A DNA stretch of 41,461 nucleotides from Malassezia furfur (lineage: Eukaryota). The stretch lies in the NCBI GenBank assembly GCA_052055015.1, contig JBQJIT010000048.1; one strand, written 5' to 3'. This document shows, in pieces, positions 1 through 10,325 of the stretch (position 1 is its first letter; each line of letters begins with the position of its first letter). The position numbers were made by a program, and so were the translations under genes. The notes under the pieces were generated by a model, which did no database searches, was not told the origin of the DNA, and saw nothing but the letters and a program-made list of their open reading frames with translations.

Positions 1-813
1 CGCGCTGCCACGTGCCGGGGGCGCGTCGGCGGAGCCGCTTGCGCGCGGCGCGGCCTGAGCGGTGCGTGCGAGACGCGCATGCAGCGCGGCCTGAGCGGCG
101 CGTGTTTCCTGGGCCTCGCGTGCCTCGCGTGCCTCAGGCGTCTCGTCAGGCGACGCGGGCGCACGCGGCGCGTCGGAGGGCGGCGTGCCCTGCCGCGTGG
201 CAGGCGCCGACAGCACGGCGCCCAGGCCCCAGCCCTGTACGCCGCCAAGCTCGGGCGAGGGTGTCAGTGCGGGCGCTGGCACGAGGTCGCTGTGCCGCGC
301 CGTGGGGCTGGGTGCATCGTAGCTCGAGCGCCGCGGCATGGCGAGCGCCGCGCGCTGGGCTAGCATTGCAGGGATCGACTGCGTGTCGGGCAGGCCCGTG
401 GTAGTCCCGTGTGCGACAGCTGCGGGCACGGGGCCCGGTACAGGCGGCAGTGCACGCGCCGGACGCGTGGCTGGCGCCGACTGCGAGCGCGCCCCATGCT
501 CGGGCTCGCTCGACGCCGCCGAGGAAACACGGGCGCGTCCGCACGGGCGTATACGACGTGCCTCGGCGGCGCGTGCGCGTGCCTCACGCATCTGCGCCGC
601 GGCGCGCCGTGCATCCGCGTCGGCACCGGAGTCGGAGTCGGCGGCGGCGGCGACGGCAGCGGCAGCGGCGGTAGCATTGGTATCGGAGGCGACACGCGTC
701 GTGCGCTGCATCTCGCGCTGCGCCGCCACCTGCGCTGCCAGGTTCAGTCCACGCGGTTCTGGCGCATCGCGCGGTCCGCGCAGCGGAGGGGGCGACACAG
801 GCACTTCACGCAT
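1..813 (-). CDS. Hypothetical Ala/Pro/Arg-rich protein, 5' part only (runs off left edge)
   Basis: Stop-free minus-strand frame from ATG at 813 (MREVPVSPPPLRGPRDAPEPRGLNLAAQ...) to base 1. It is absent from the ORF track because it has no stop. No recognisable domain. Confidence 0.6.
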   Translation of the reverse strand, partial: MREVPVSPPPLRGPRDAPEPRGLNLAAQVAAQREMQRTTRVASDTNATAAAAAVAAAADSDSGADADARRAAAQMREARARAAEARRIRPCGRARVSSAASSEPEHGARSQSAPATRPARALPPVPGPVPAAVAHGTTTGLPDTQSIPAMLAQRAALAMPRRSSYDAPSPTARHSDLVPAPALTPSPELGGVQGWGLGAVLSAPATRQGTPPSDAPRAPASPDETPEAREAREAQETRAAQAALHARLARTAQAAPRASGSADAPPARGSA

Positions 814-919
814 CGAGGTCGACAAAGGCCACCGTGATCGGGAAATACACACACAACACGGCCACACGCCTATGACCTACCAGGCCGCCGGGCACGCGCC
901 TCGGCCGGCGCACGGACCA

Positions 920-2286
920 CTACCCGTACAGCGGCTCCTGCTCGTCCTGTTCGATGGAGAGGCGCAGGTTCATGGCATCGCTAATGATCTGCGCTGTGAG
1001 TGCATGCACATACGCGATCGACGTCCAAGGGTGGAAGCGAAAAAAGCATGCCGGTTGTCTCGGACCGATCGAGCTCCTCGAGCGCGTCCTTGCAGTTGGT
1101 CAGAATGGCCAAGCACACGTAGAGGTGCAGATCGAGCAGATCGGGCATCGCAAAGTAGGTGTCTAGGTTAGCCACGGCCACGTACCCCATAGCCGCATCA
1201 GGTCATTCATCTGCATCTCGCGCGCGAGTAGATGTTGTAGCCAGCTCGTGATGACGGCCACCAGGTCGACCTCCTCCGCCTCAAAGTACGCGTGCAGCTC
1301 CGGCAGCGTCCGCCGGAACAACGTGAGGAACGAGGCAACACGTTGCGGTAGCGGATGAATCACGTTGTAGTCCTCGATCATCGCCATGAGCCGCTCGAAC
1401 GCGAAATAGATTCCCGCCTCGGCACGCACACACTGCGCAAAGGGCGCACAGAGGTACACCAGCGACGGGTGGAAGTCGCCCAGGTTGGTGCCCGGCAGCA
1501 GACTCGCCTGCGGTGCCCACTGGTATGCGCGCGGCATGCGCGACTCCATCGTGGCCTGCAGCGCCGCATACTCCTCGTCACGCTGGTCCGTCGGCGCGGG
1601 ATTGTGCGTGTCGTCGCCGTCGCGCGGCGGATTCAAAATGTGCCGGTTCAAGTAGGCACATAACACGTTCTCGACAATCTGCGAGAGCCGGCGCTGCTCA
1701 TACACCAGCTCCGAGTCGTCCACCGTGGGATTCGATCGCATCGTCAGCACGCCATATTGCGTCGAGGGCAAAATGCGGGGGTATGTCGGCTGGTGCTGAG
1801 ACGGCGCCTCACGCTTGAGCGCGTGTTTCTCCTCCTCGTCCTCCATACTCGAGCGCGATGCCCGCGGGCCGCGTATGACTGCGTAAGTTTGCGCACCTAC
1901 TAGACACGCCAAACCGCTGGTGATTGCCGAGCTTGGGGTGCAGCCGCTGGCGGTAGTAGCGCAGCACTTCGGTGCGGATCTGTTTCTCCATCACCGGTAT
2001 CCGCTTGCTCACCGACTCATACTCCAGGAACTTATTGCGCACCGCTGTCATTTCCTGGCCTGTGGTCAGCATTGTCACCCACTCTTGTCCGCCGACAGCA
2101 CGCCTAGGAGGTACAGCCAGACTTCCTGTGTGAATTGCGCCACGTACGCCCCGCACTTGCGGATGGATACCGTGCCGCGCATAGTTTCGCAGCTTTGCCA
2201 GGTCAAGGTACTGCTCTTCATTCAGGAGCTGCGTGAGCACCGCGCCGACGCACCTCCAGGAACTCCTCGAGCGTCACGACGCTCAT
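920..2286 (-). CDS. TBC-domain (Rab-GAP-like) protein, 7 exons
   Basis: Splicing introns 2229-2253, 2126-2147, 2060-2082, 1879-1900, 1163-1185 and 989-1013 restores TBC motifs LAKLRNYARHGIHPQVRGEVWLYLLG, WLQHLLARE and LMRLWDTYF. Ends ...EPLYG*. Confidence 0.85.
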
Positions 2287-2322
2287 GCCGGCCGCGGTAG
2301 TGCACGTGACCCCGCAACGACG

Positions 2323-2817
2323 ATGGTGGTGCACGCGCGGTCCGAGCCCACGCCGTGGGTGCAGCAGTTCAACACGGAAAACGTCGGGTTCAATCTCGCC
2401 CAGGCGCATTCGTACGTGTAGGCATCTCATCCAGCTTCCGCTCGCTCACCCTGTCGATCGCCGGCTCGATCGCCGGTGTGCTGGGGCTCCAGAACTTGGC
2501 CGGCTTCGGCTTCTTTGTGCTGTCAGTCGTCTTTCTCAACACGGTGCTTCTCCTGGTGAATGCGAAGGGGCGGCCTCATGCCTACTTCGTGCTTGGAAGT
2601 GCGCCGATGACCACCGACGCTAGCGAGCGCCTCGTACCGGCCAAGGCGGCCCAGCTGCGCACACCCGCAACGCCCGCGCAGCGCGCGCGCCAGCTCGCCC
2701 TGTGGGTGCTTCTGCAAGGCGCGCAAGAGAACATGCTCAGTTTCCTGCTGTGGTGGACGTTTTGGTACGCCATTGTGCATGGTATGTTGTGCGACTGACG
2801 ACGCAGTGTATGATTAG
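2323..2817 (+). CDS. EMC6: ER membrane protein complex subunit 6 (Rab5ip family), 3 exons
   Basis: ENVGFN..HSFRSLTLSIAGSIAGVLGL..GFGFF and SFLLWWTFWYAIVHVYD* after removing introns 2412-2434 and 2782-2806. Confidence 0.88.
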
Positions 2818-2827
2818 TGGTATAGTG

Positions 2828-4218
2828 CTATACATGGCGTTCGGATGCGTCGGCAGGCTCCAGGAGCGGCGCAAGGAAAAAGGTGAGCTGATCATCGTCG
2901 TCCTCCGTAGAGACATCCTCGGTATCGCCGTCCAAACGTGGCGCCCATATGGAGCGGCGCGTCGGCGGCGTGTAGGGGTGCATGCTCCGCAGCACCCACG
3001 CATCCGATGCGGGGCCTGTGGAAAAGACGTTGACGACTGCCTCTTCCTCGTCCTGCTTTTTGCGACTCAGTTCATTTTCGTCCTCCTGCGGTGAGCAGCA
3101 TACACGTACCAAGTCGAACTCATCTTCGGGTTCCTCGTACTCGACGTTCTCCTCGAGTTCCTCAAATCCAGGCGCATAGGCACTCCAGATTTCGGTCCAC
3201 TTGGTCTTCCACAGGTAGATGTCGCCAGATGCTGCGATCGAGGCGAGTTGTGGCTGGAGAGGATGCCATTGCGCAGAAATTAACGGCTCCCGGGGGCCTT
3301 CGAGGATCTTGACCAAGACGCCCGCGTCCCGATCCCATAGGTATATGTGGTGCCCCGCATCCTGCGCAGCGCCGCCCATGACGTACTCGCCATCGGCGCT
3401 GAACGAGATTCCACTCCAGGGCGTGCGCCCCACAAGGTCCTGAAACTTGGACCGCTGTGTGAGCGCATAGGGCGTGGGCCCGTCGCGTGTTTCCGATACG
3501 CTGAGCGTACGCAAGGTGCGGTCGTTCAAATTGGCAACCAAATGCCGGCCCGACGCATCGAACGCGAGCTGCCGTACCGACGAATTACCGATCGGCACCG
3601 GTTCGCCCAGCATCGCGCCCGAGACCGCGTCCAGAATGACGACGTTGCCTTTGGTTGTGCCGAGAAACAGGTGCGTACCCGACGGCGTAAAGCAGGCGGC
3701 CGTCGCACCTTCCCCGACCGTCAGTGGCACGCGCGTCGGCTCTGCGGCACTGACTGACACAAGCACCGCCTCGCGTGAATCCAGGAGAACAACCATACGA
3801 CAACTGCATCAGCACGCGGCGTACCTCGAGTCCGGTGCAAAGAGCACCTGCACCACTGGCGCATCAAAGTGCAACGACCGCACGATGCGGCCCTGTGCGA
3901 GGTCCAAGACGTGCACGTTCCAGTCCAGCGACGAGGTCGCAAGGTACCGATTGTACGGGGACCAGCTTACACTCGTCACCGTCTTGACGTGCCCCCCGAA
4001 CCAGCGCAACACGTTGCGTGTCTCCACATCCCACACGGTCACGAACCCATCTGTGCGGCCGACGGCGAGGTAGCTCCCAGGAAAAAGCCCTTTTTTGGAG
4101 CTATACGCAAGACAATTTGCGTATGCGTTGTCGAGGGTCGACTCCACGCGCTCCGGCGTGTCGCGCGCAAAAGGATCTGGGTGAGCAGCGCGCACGCACT
4201 GAGTAGCTGCGCGTTCAT
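2828..4218 (-). CDS. SWD1: COMPASS/Set1 complex WD40 subunit (RBBP5 orthologue), 4 exons
   Basis: MNAQLLNPFARDTPE N-terminus, WD repeats, WSAYAPGFEELEENVEYEEPEDEFD motif. Introns 4177-4199, 3804-3824, 3086-3109. Confidence 0.92.
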
Positions 4219-4251
4219 CCAGGCGCGTCGGTAGAGTTGTCAGTGTCACGT

Positions 4252-4281
4252 GTTCTAGAAACGTGGCGACGTTCCTAGAAG
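4252..4281. promoter_or_regulatory. Heat shock element (phased nGAAn units) upstream of HSP104
   Basis: gTTCt aGAAa cGTGg cGACg tTCCt aGAAg, in phase, about 95-120 nt before the HSP104 ATG. Confidence 0.7.
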
Positions 4282-4373
4282 CCACGGGACGGAATCGGGT
4301 GCACGGTCCATCCGGTCAGGTCCGTTTCATTTAAAAAGGCAATCTGTCACGTTGAGCCTAATCCACAGACATC

Positions 4374-7118
4374 ATGTCTGGTCTTGACTTTACAGATCGT
4401 GCACAGACATCGCTGGGAAATGCTTTCCAGCTGGCAAAGGACTATGCCAACCCCCAACTCTCCCCTCTACACATTGCGCTCGCGCTGCTGAACGACGACA
4501 CGTCGAACTCGACGGGCGTCCAAAGCACCAACAAAGACTCGCAGTCTTTGTTCAAGAGCCTGTGTGAAAAGACGGGAGTCAACTATAATGAACTGGCCAA
4601 CAAGATTCGCCAGGCCCTCGCCAAGATCCCTCAGCAGTCGCCTGCGCCTGACGACGTGACCCTGTCGGGTGCCGCAAGCAAGGTGATGAAGCAGGCGCAG
4701 CACTACCAAAAGACGCAGCGGGACTCGTTCATCGCGCAGGACCACATCCTACTTGCGCTTCTGGACGACTCGCAGATCGAACGGATGCTCAAGGACTGTG
4801 GCCTGGCGAACATGGAGCTGATGCGCAACGCCATCAACCAGGCACGCGGCGGCCGTCACATCGACTCCAAGACGGCCGAGGCGGGCTATGATGCGCTGAG
4901 CAAGTACTGCACGGACCTTACGGAGCTTGCCGCGGAGAACAAGCTCGACCCCGTGATTGGCCGTGACAATGAGATCCGCCGTGTGGTGCGCGTACTGTCG
5001 CGCCGTACCAAGAACAACGCGGTGCTGATCGGCAGCCCCGGTGTGGGTAAGACGGCGGTCGTCGAGGGTCTTGCACAGCGTGTGGTGAACCGCGATGTGC
5101 CGCCGAATCTGCTCGGCAAGATTTTCGCGCTGGACATGGGTGCGCTCATGGCCGGTGCCAAGTACAAGGGCGAGTACGAAGAGCGTGTTAAGTCGGTGTT
5201 GGCCGACATTGAGAAGATGACGAACGATGGCACGCCGTGCATCCTGTTCATTGACGAGATGCACCTCATGATGGCCGGTAAGGGCGGCGACTCGGGCATG
5301 GACGCGGCCAACCTGCTTAAGCCCATGCTTGCGCGTGGCAAACTGCGCTGTATTGGCGCCACGACGCTGAACGAGTATCGCACCTCGATCGAGAAGGATG
5401 CGGCGCTGGAGCGCCGCTTCCAACAGGTGCTGGTAGAGGAGCCGACCGTGGAGGACACGATCGCCATCCTGCGTGGCATCCGCGAAAAGTACGAGGTGCA
5501 CCATGGTGTGCGCATCATGGACGGTGCGCTCGTGTCGGCCGCACAGCTTGCGAAGCGCTACCTGACTGCGCGCAAGCTGCCCGACGCTGCGATCGATCTG
5601 GTCGACGAAAGCTGTGCGGACGTGGCCGTGTCGCGCGAGACGGTGCCTGAGGCCATCGACAACCTTGAGCGCCGCAAGCTGCGTCTGGAGATTGCGACGC
5701 ATGCGCTCGAGCGTGAAAAGGACCCGCAGAGCAAGGAGCGCCTGGCCGAGACGAAGCGCGAGCTCGCGCACCTCGACGACGAGCTGGCGCCGCTCAAGGC
5801 CGAGTTCGAGGCGCAAAAGGCCAAGGGCGACGAAGTGAACAGCGTGCGGCGCAAGATTGACGAGCTGCGCGCCAAGGCCGCTGAGGCCGAGCGTCGCTAC
5901 GACCTGGCGACCGCGAGTGACCTGACTTACTACGCAATCCCTGACCTCGAGAAGCGCCTCGAGACGCTTCAGGAGCAAGAGCGCCGCGACGAGGAGGAGG
6001 GCCGTACGAACGCGACAAACTCGGTGACGAACGACAGCATCGCTGCGGTCGTAAGTCGCTGGACGGGCATCCCCGTGTCGCGTATGCTCGAGAGCGAGCG
6101 CACCAAGCTGCTCAAGCTCGAAAAGATTCTGCAGCGCGAGGTCGTGGGCCAGGACGACGCGGTGCGTGCGGTGGCGCAGGCCATCCGCCTGTCGCGCAGT
6201 GGCCTGTCGAACCAGTCGCGCCCGATCGCGAGCTTCCTGTTCTGTGGCCCGTCGGGTACAGGTAAGACGCTCATGAGCAAGTCGCTGGCGACGTACATGT
6301 TCGACGACCCCGATGCGATGGTGCGCATCGATGCGAGCGAGTACTCGGAGAAGCACAGCATCTCGCGTCTTGTTGGTGCGCCGCCCGGCTACGTCGGCTT
6401 TGACGAGGGCGGTGTGCTGACCGAGGCCGTGCGTCGCCGCCCCTTCTCGATTGTGCTCATCGACGAGATTGAGAAGGCCGCGCGCGAGTTTGTGCAGCTC
6501 TTCCTGCAGGTGCTCGACGAGGGCCGTCTGCAGGACAGCCAGGGCCGCCAGGTGTCGTTCCGCAACACGATCATTATCATGACGAGCAACCTCGGCTCGA
6601 GCTTTATCAACGACTCGCAGGACGAGGAGCTTACGCCGCACGTCCGCGAGCTGGTGCAGGGCGCAATCGCGGCGCACTTCCCGCCCGAGTTCATCAACCG
6701 CATTGACAGCATCGTTACCTTCCGCAAGCTGGCGCGCAGCGACGTGCGCCGCATTGTGGACATCCGCCTCAAGGAGCTCCAGATGCGCCTGCGCGACAAT
6801 GGCCGCCGGTCGCGCCTGGTTGTGGACGAGTCCGCGAAGGAGTGGCTTGGCAGTGTGGGCTACTCGCCGACGATGGGCGCGCGTCCACTGGGCCGTGCCA
6901 TTCAGGAGCAGCTGCTGCACCCGCTCAGCCTGCTCTTGCTGCGCGGTGAGATCCACAACGACGACCCCGAGATCCACGTGACGTTTGACCCGCACCGCAA
7001 CGCGCTGCTTGTCAAGCCGAACCACGAGCCGTCGGTGCCTGCTGGCGAGGGCGACGAGGACCTCATGGATGAGGACGACCTCGATGAGCATCTGATCGAG
7101 CCCGATACCCTGGACTAG
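4374..7118 (+). CDS. HSP104: Hsp104/ClpB AAA+ disaggregase, intronless
   Basis: Two Walker A motifs ([16 protein letters not shown]), middle coiled coil, KDAALERRF, acidic tail ending DTLD. Confidence 0.97.
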   Translation: MSGLDFTDRAQTSLGNAFQLAKDYANPQLSPLHIALALLNDDTSNSTGVQSTNKDSQSLFKSLCEKTGVNYNELANKIRQALAKIPQQSPAPDDVTLSGAASKVMKQAQHYQKTQRDSFIAQDHILLALLDDSQIERMLKDCGLANMELMRNAINQARGGRHIDSKTAEAGYDALSKYCTDLTELAAENKLDPVIGRDNEIRRVVRVLSRRTKNNAVLIGSPGVGKTAVVEGLAQRVVNRDVPPNLLGKIFALDMGALMAGAKYKGEYEERVKSVLADIEKMTNDGTPCILFIDEMHLMMAGKGGDSGMDAANLLKPMLARGKLRCIGATTLNEYRTSIEKDAALERRFQQVLVEEPTVEDTIAILRGIREKYEVHHGVRIMDGALVSAAQLAKRYLTARKLPDAAIDLVDESCADVAVSRETVPEAIDNLERRKLRLEIATHALEREKDPQSKERLAETKRELAHLDDELAPLKAEFEAQKAKGDEVNSVRRKIDELRAKAAEAERRYDLATASDLTYYAIPDLEKRLETLQEQERRDEEEGRTNATNSVTNDSIAAVVSRWTGIPVSRMLESERTKLLKLEKILQREVVGQDDAVRAVAQAIRLSRSGLSNQSRPIASFLFCGPSGTGKTLMSKSLATYMFDDPDAMVRIDASEYSEKHSISRLVGAPPGYVGFDEGGVLTEAVRRRPFSIVLIDEIEKAAREFVQLFLQVLDEGRLQDSQGRQVSFRNTIIIMTSNLGSSFINDSQDEELTPHVRELVQGAIAAHFPPEFINRIDSIVTFRKLARSDVRRIVDIRLKELQMRLRDNGRRSRLVVDESAKEWLGSVGYSPTMGARPLGRAIQEQLLHPLSLLLLRGEIHNDDPEIHVTFDPHRNALLVKPNHEPSVPAGEGDEDLMDEDDLDEHLIEPDTLD

Positions 7119-7220
7119 GCGGTCAAATCGCTCTGCAGAACGTAGTTTATGTCTACTAACTTCGTTTCTGGTACGATAGATAGGAAAAGCATCCACACTA
7201 AAAGAAAAGTTCGTTACGGG

Positions 7221-8732
7221 CTAGTCGGCATCGCGTCCCTGGGGGTAGTTGGAGGGAGAATGAGTGTAGGAGGAAAGAATCGGTTGCGTCGCAGGAAGCT
7301 GCGTCATGCGCGGCATGCCGTGCGTCGCATAGGCAGACAACGAACTCGTCATCGGGTTGTCCATCCCTGGCGGCGCCATGTTCGGCGTCGAGGGATGGGC
7401 AGACACTTGCCCTGTATTCTGCATGTTGGACATCATGGAACTAGTCGCTGGGGTTGGGTAGCTGACGAATCCGTTGGTGACGTTGATGTTCATCGGCGGG
7501 TATGAGTTCGGAAGGGGGCGCCCTTGCTCGGACGGCGCCTCCTTGCGGTCCCCGGTCATCGAGGATGCCTCGGGGTGCTGTGACTGGTGCTGCTGGTGCT
7601 GCTGGTGCTGCTGGTGCTGCTGCTGGTGTTGTTGTTGTTGTTGTTGCTGCTGCTGCATCAGTTGTGATTTGAGGAAAAGCACCTCCGCACGGAGCGCCTC
7701 AACCGTGCTTTGCAACGATTCGTTGTCCGTTTGCAGATATTCGACCTTGGCCTGCAGCGAGGCAAGCCAGGCCTTTTTGCGCTGACGGCACTTGTATGCA
7801 GCCTGTCGGTTGCGCTCCAAGAAGCTCTTGCGCTTCGAGTCGTTGTCGGTCTCATCCGACTGGTTCTCATCCCTTTCTAATGCTCTGTCCGCACCGCGCT
7901 TGGTATTGTGGTTCGAGTCGTTGTCATGCGCCTGCGCTTTTGTGTGCGGTGCAGACGTGGACTCATCATCGGATACCTTGCGTCCACGCTTAGGTGCACC
8001 GTTGCTCTCGTCGTCGTGTAGATGCGGCTTGACGTCTTGTTGACTCTGGCTCAACATGTATAGTCCGGACGCCGCACCAATTTCCCCCACACCGCGCTGA
8101 TCTTTGCTTCCGTGTATGTTTCGACGATCATCACGAGGGGACTGTGGTCGCGACGCGGACGGCGACGGAGCGTGCGCACCCGGCGCCTCCACCTGCACTC
8201 CATCAGCCGCGCTGGCCGAGGTGGCGGTAGGTAGCGGCGAAAGGAACGGGCCAGTCGACAAACCATTATTCATGTTGCTCGACCCGAGAATCTCAGATAT
8301 GTTCGTAGGCACAGACAAAGAGAACAAGGAGCTCGACGACGGCGGCTGCGAAAAAGATGCAGACGTCATGGACGTCGTCTTCCCGCTGAGCGGCATCGGT
8401 GCTGTGTCGGTGAATGACGTGGCCACAGAGGGCTCTGTCGTCGGTGTCGTCTCAGGCTGGGATGTATGTAGGAGGGTCCCTTCTAGGTCCTTACCCCTTG
8501 ATGGAGACGACAGCGAGTTGAACCGCGCCGACAAATTCGGAGGGCTCGATGTTGACGTCGCACGCTGATCGTCCTTAGCATTGCCAGAAGACCAAGATGC
8601 CTTGGGTCTCTCCGTGCCCGCAACCCCATTATGGGAGCTCGATCCGTTGCGCGAGTGCAGAGTATTCTTCGTTGAATCCGTGACCGAAGCTGCAGATGGG
8701 TGATGTGAGTGATCGTCGCTTAAGTGCTGCAT
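7221..8732 (-). CDS. ATF/CREB-family bZIP transcription factor (Atf1/Sko1-like)
   Basis: KRKSFLERNRQAAYKCRQRKKAWLASLQAKVEYL basic region plus leucine zipper, followed by a polyQ/H tract. Confidence 0.9.
   Translation of the reverse strand: MQHLSDDHSHHPSAASVTDSTKNTLHSRNGSSSHNGVAGTERPKASWSSGNAKDDQRATSTSSPPNLSARFNSLSSPSRGKDLEGTLLHTSQPETTPTTEPSVATSFTDTAPMPLSGKTTSMTSASFSQPPSSSSLFSLSVPTNISEILGSSNMNNGLSTGPFLSPLPTATSASAADGVQVEAPGAHAPSPSASRPQSPRDDRRNIHGSKDQRGVGEIGAASGLYMLSQSQQDVKPHLHDDESNGAPKRGRKVSDDESTSAPHTKAQAHDNDSNHNTKRGADRALERDENQSDETDNDSKRKSFLERNRQAAYKCRQRKKAWLASLQAKVEYLQTDNESLQSTVEALRAEVLFLKSQLMQQQQQQQQQHQQQHQQHQQHQQHQSQHPEASSMTGDRKEAPSEQGRPLPNSYPPMNINVTNGFVSYPTPATSSMMSNMQNTGQVSAHPSTPNMAPPGMDNPMTSSLSAYATHGMPRMTQLPATQPILSSYTHSPSNYPQGRDAD
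7584..7655 (-). repeat. Coding CAG/CAA/CAC microsatellite (24-codon polyQ/H)
   Basis: Encodes Q9HQ3HQ2HQ2HQ2HQ directly after the leucine zipper. Confidence 0.9.
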
Positions 8733-8834
8733 CGGGACACAGAGACAGACTGGTCAATTGAGCAAACCAACGAAGAAGCACACGGTGCTACTCGCAAGTA
8801 AGAAATTCTAGTGTGATGAATAGGAATCAGGTGG

Positions 8835-8842
8835 TGACGTCA
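8835..8842. promoter_or_regulatory. CRE site TGACGTCA
   Basis: Perfect CRE about 100 nt upstream of the ATF-like gene ATG. Confidence 0.6.
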
Positions 8843-9123
8843 AGGAATCAACACCCGGATCGCGTCGAACGTGTTTAGCCAAAACTTAAAATCGACACTG
8901 TGTGGGGCACACGCGCGACACGAAGAAATTGACCAGGGTTAGTTTCCTCTGTTTACTAGCCCTGATTGAGACGAAGATGTCAATGTGCAGAGAGGTACAG
9001 AACGAAAACGCGGAAGACAATACCCTGTCGCTCTTCCGCGAGGGGAACCGAGTCAATCGCCGGGCAGTCCTGGGGCTCGGTCACAACGCCACATCCGTCA
9101 TAGGTTTCGCGCAGCCCCGCCAT

Positions 9124-9137
9124 TTATGACGTCATAA
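9124..9137. promoter_or_regulatory. Extended palindromic CRE TTATGACGTCATAA
   Basis: 14-bp perfect palindrome in the ATF/RRM divergent promoter. Confidence 0.65.
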
Positions 9138-9317
9138 TTGGTGCGGCGTCGCCCAAACGCACGTGTATCGCACGTGTCCAGATGGGCCTACTAGGCCTAG
9201 ATACAATGAGGCGCAACAAGCAGTGCGGATGCGCGAATACATGGACCCCAGTTGGAAAGGCGTGCCGGTTCTTCGTTCATTTAGTGATCATTTACATTTC
9301 GGTCACGTTCGATTAAC

Positions 9318-10325
9318 ATGGCAACCACAAACGCAGAAGTCATCCCCGTCGCCGACACCCCAGTGGAAGCTGTGGTGACGCCTGTTCCGGAGGCTACGCC
9401 CGCCGCGGGAACGAACAAGGTTCGTTACATCTTCCAAAGCTGGCCGAATTCTAACACGTATTGATCGCAGGTCTATGTCGATAACATACCTATTGCCGCT
9501 CGGCTGGCTGATGTGAAGTCCTTGCTGGAGAGTTCAGGACCTATGTGCGTCATTTAATCGCTGACCAGCAGCTCGGAGCTGCGTATCACCATTCGCGAAA
9601 ACCGGTCACAGATCTCCGCCGTCGCTGCCTACAAGTCACACGAGGTCGCCCAAAAGGCTGTCGAGTCGCTTGCCAATGCCAAGCTGGAAGACACGACGCT
9701 CTCTGCGGAGCTCTTTGGCCGAACTCCCAAGCGCGCTAACCCGCGCGCCGCTACGCGCGGGCGTGGCCGTGCCAGCGGTCGTGCGACTTCGACCCGCGGT
9801 CAGAACCTGACGCGTCAGCCTCGTGAGGATGCTGGCGAGGAGGGCACGACGGCTACCTCCTTGGAGCCGGTGTCGTCCGTGCAACCGGAGGCAGCCAAGG
9901 CGGCTGAGACAGACGCTTCTGTTCAGCCTAATGCGAGTAAGGCGAACAACGTTCGTGCAAAAAAGCCCAAGGCCCCGAAAAAGGCGAAGGAGGCGCAAGG
10001 CGTGCCGAGCAAGACTTTGCTTTTTGTTTCGCACCTCTCGTATTCGGTGAAGAACGAAGACCTGATGGAGCTTTTCTCGGCGTACCCCGCCGTCAGCGCC
10101 AACATCGTCTACCATCGTCAGCAGCCGAAGCACTCGCGTGGATTCGCTTTTGTCGAATTCCCTAACGAGGAGGCACAGCAAAAGGCCATGGCGGAGAACA
10201 ACGGCAAGGAAGTGCACGGCCGTACGATTGCAATTTCTGTTGCGTTACAGCCTGAGGAATCCGAGCCTAAGGAGAAGAGTGAGGACGCGGAGGCACCTGC
10301 CGAGGTGTCAAACCCCACTGCTTGA
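9318..10325 (+). CDS. Two-RRM nucleic-acid-binding protein (Tcg1/Sbp1-like), 3 exons
   Basis: ATG 9318. Introns 9420-9470 and 9545-9571 (or 9568). Degenerate RRM1 (KVYVDNIP), RG-rich linker, RRM2 with LLFVSHL and RGFAFVEF. Confidence 0.8.

Noticed and set aside
4749..7196. 815-aa antisense ORF over HSP104
   Set aside because: Mirror frame of a gene with strong GC3 codon bias, which removes antisense stops. No domain signal.
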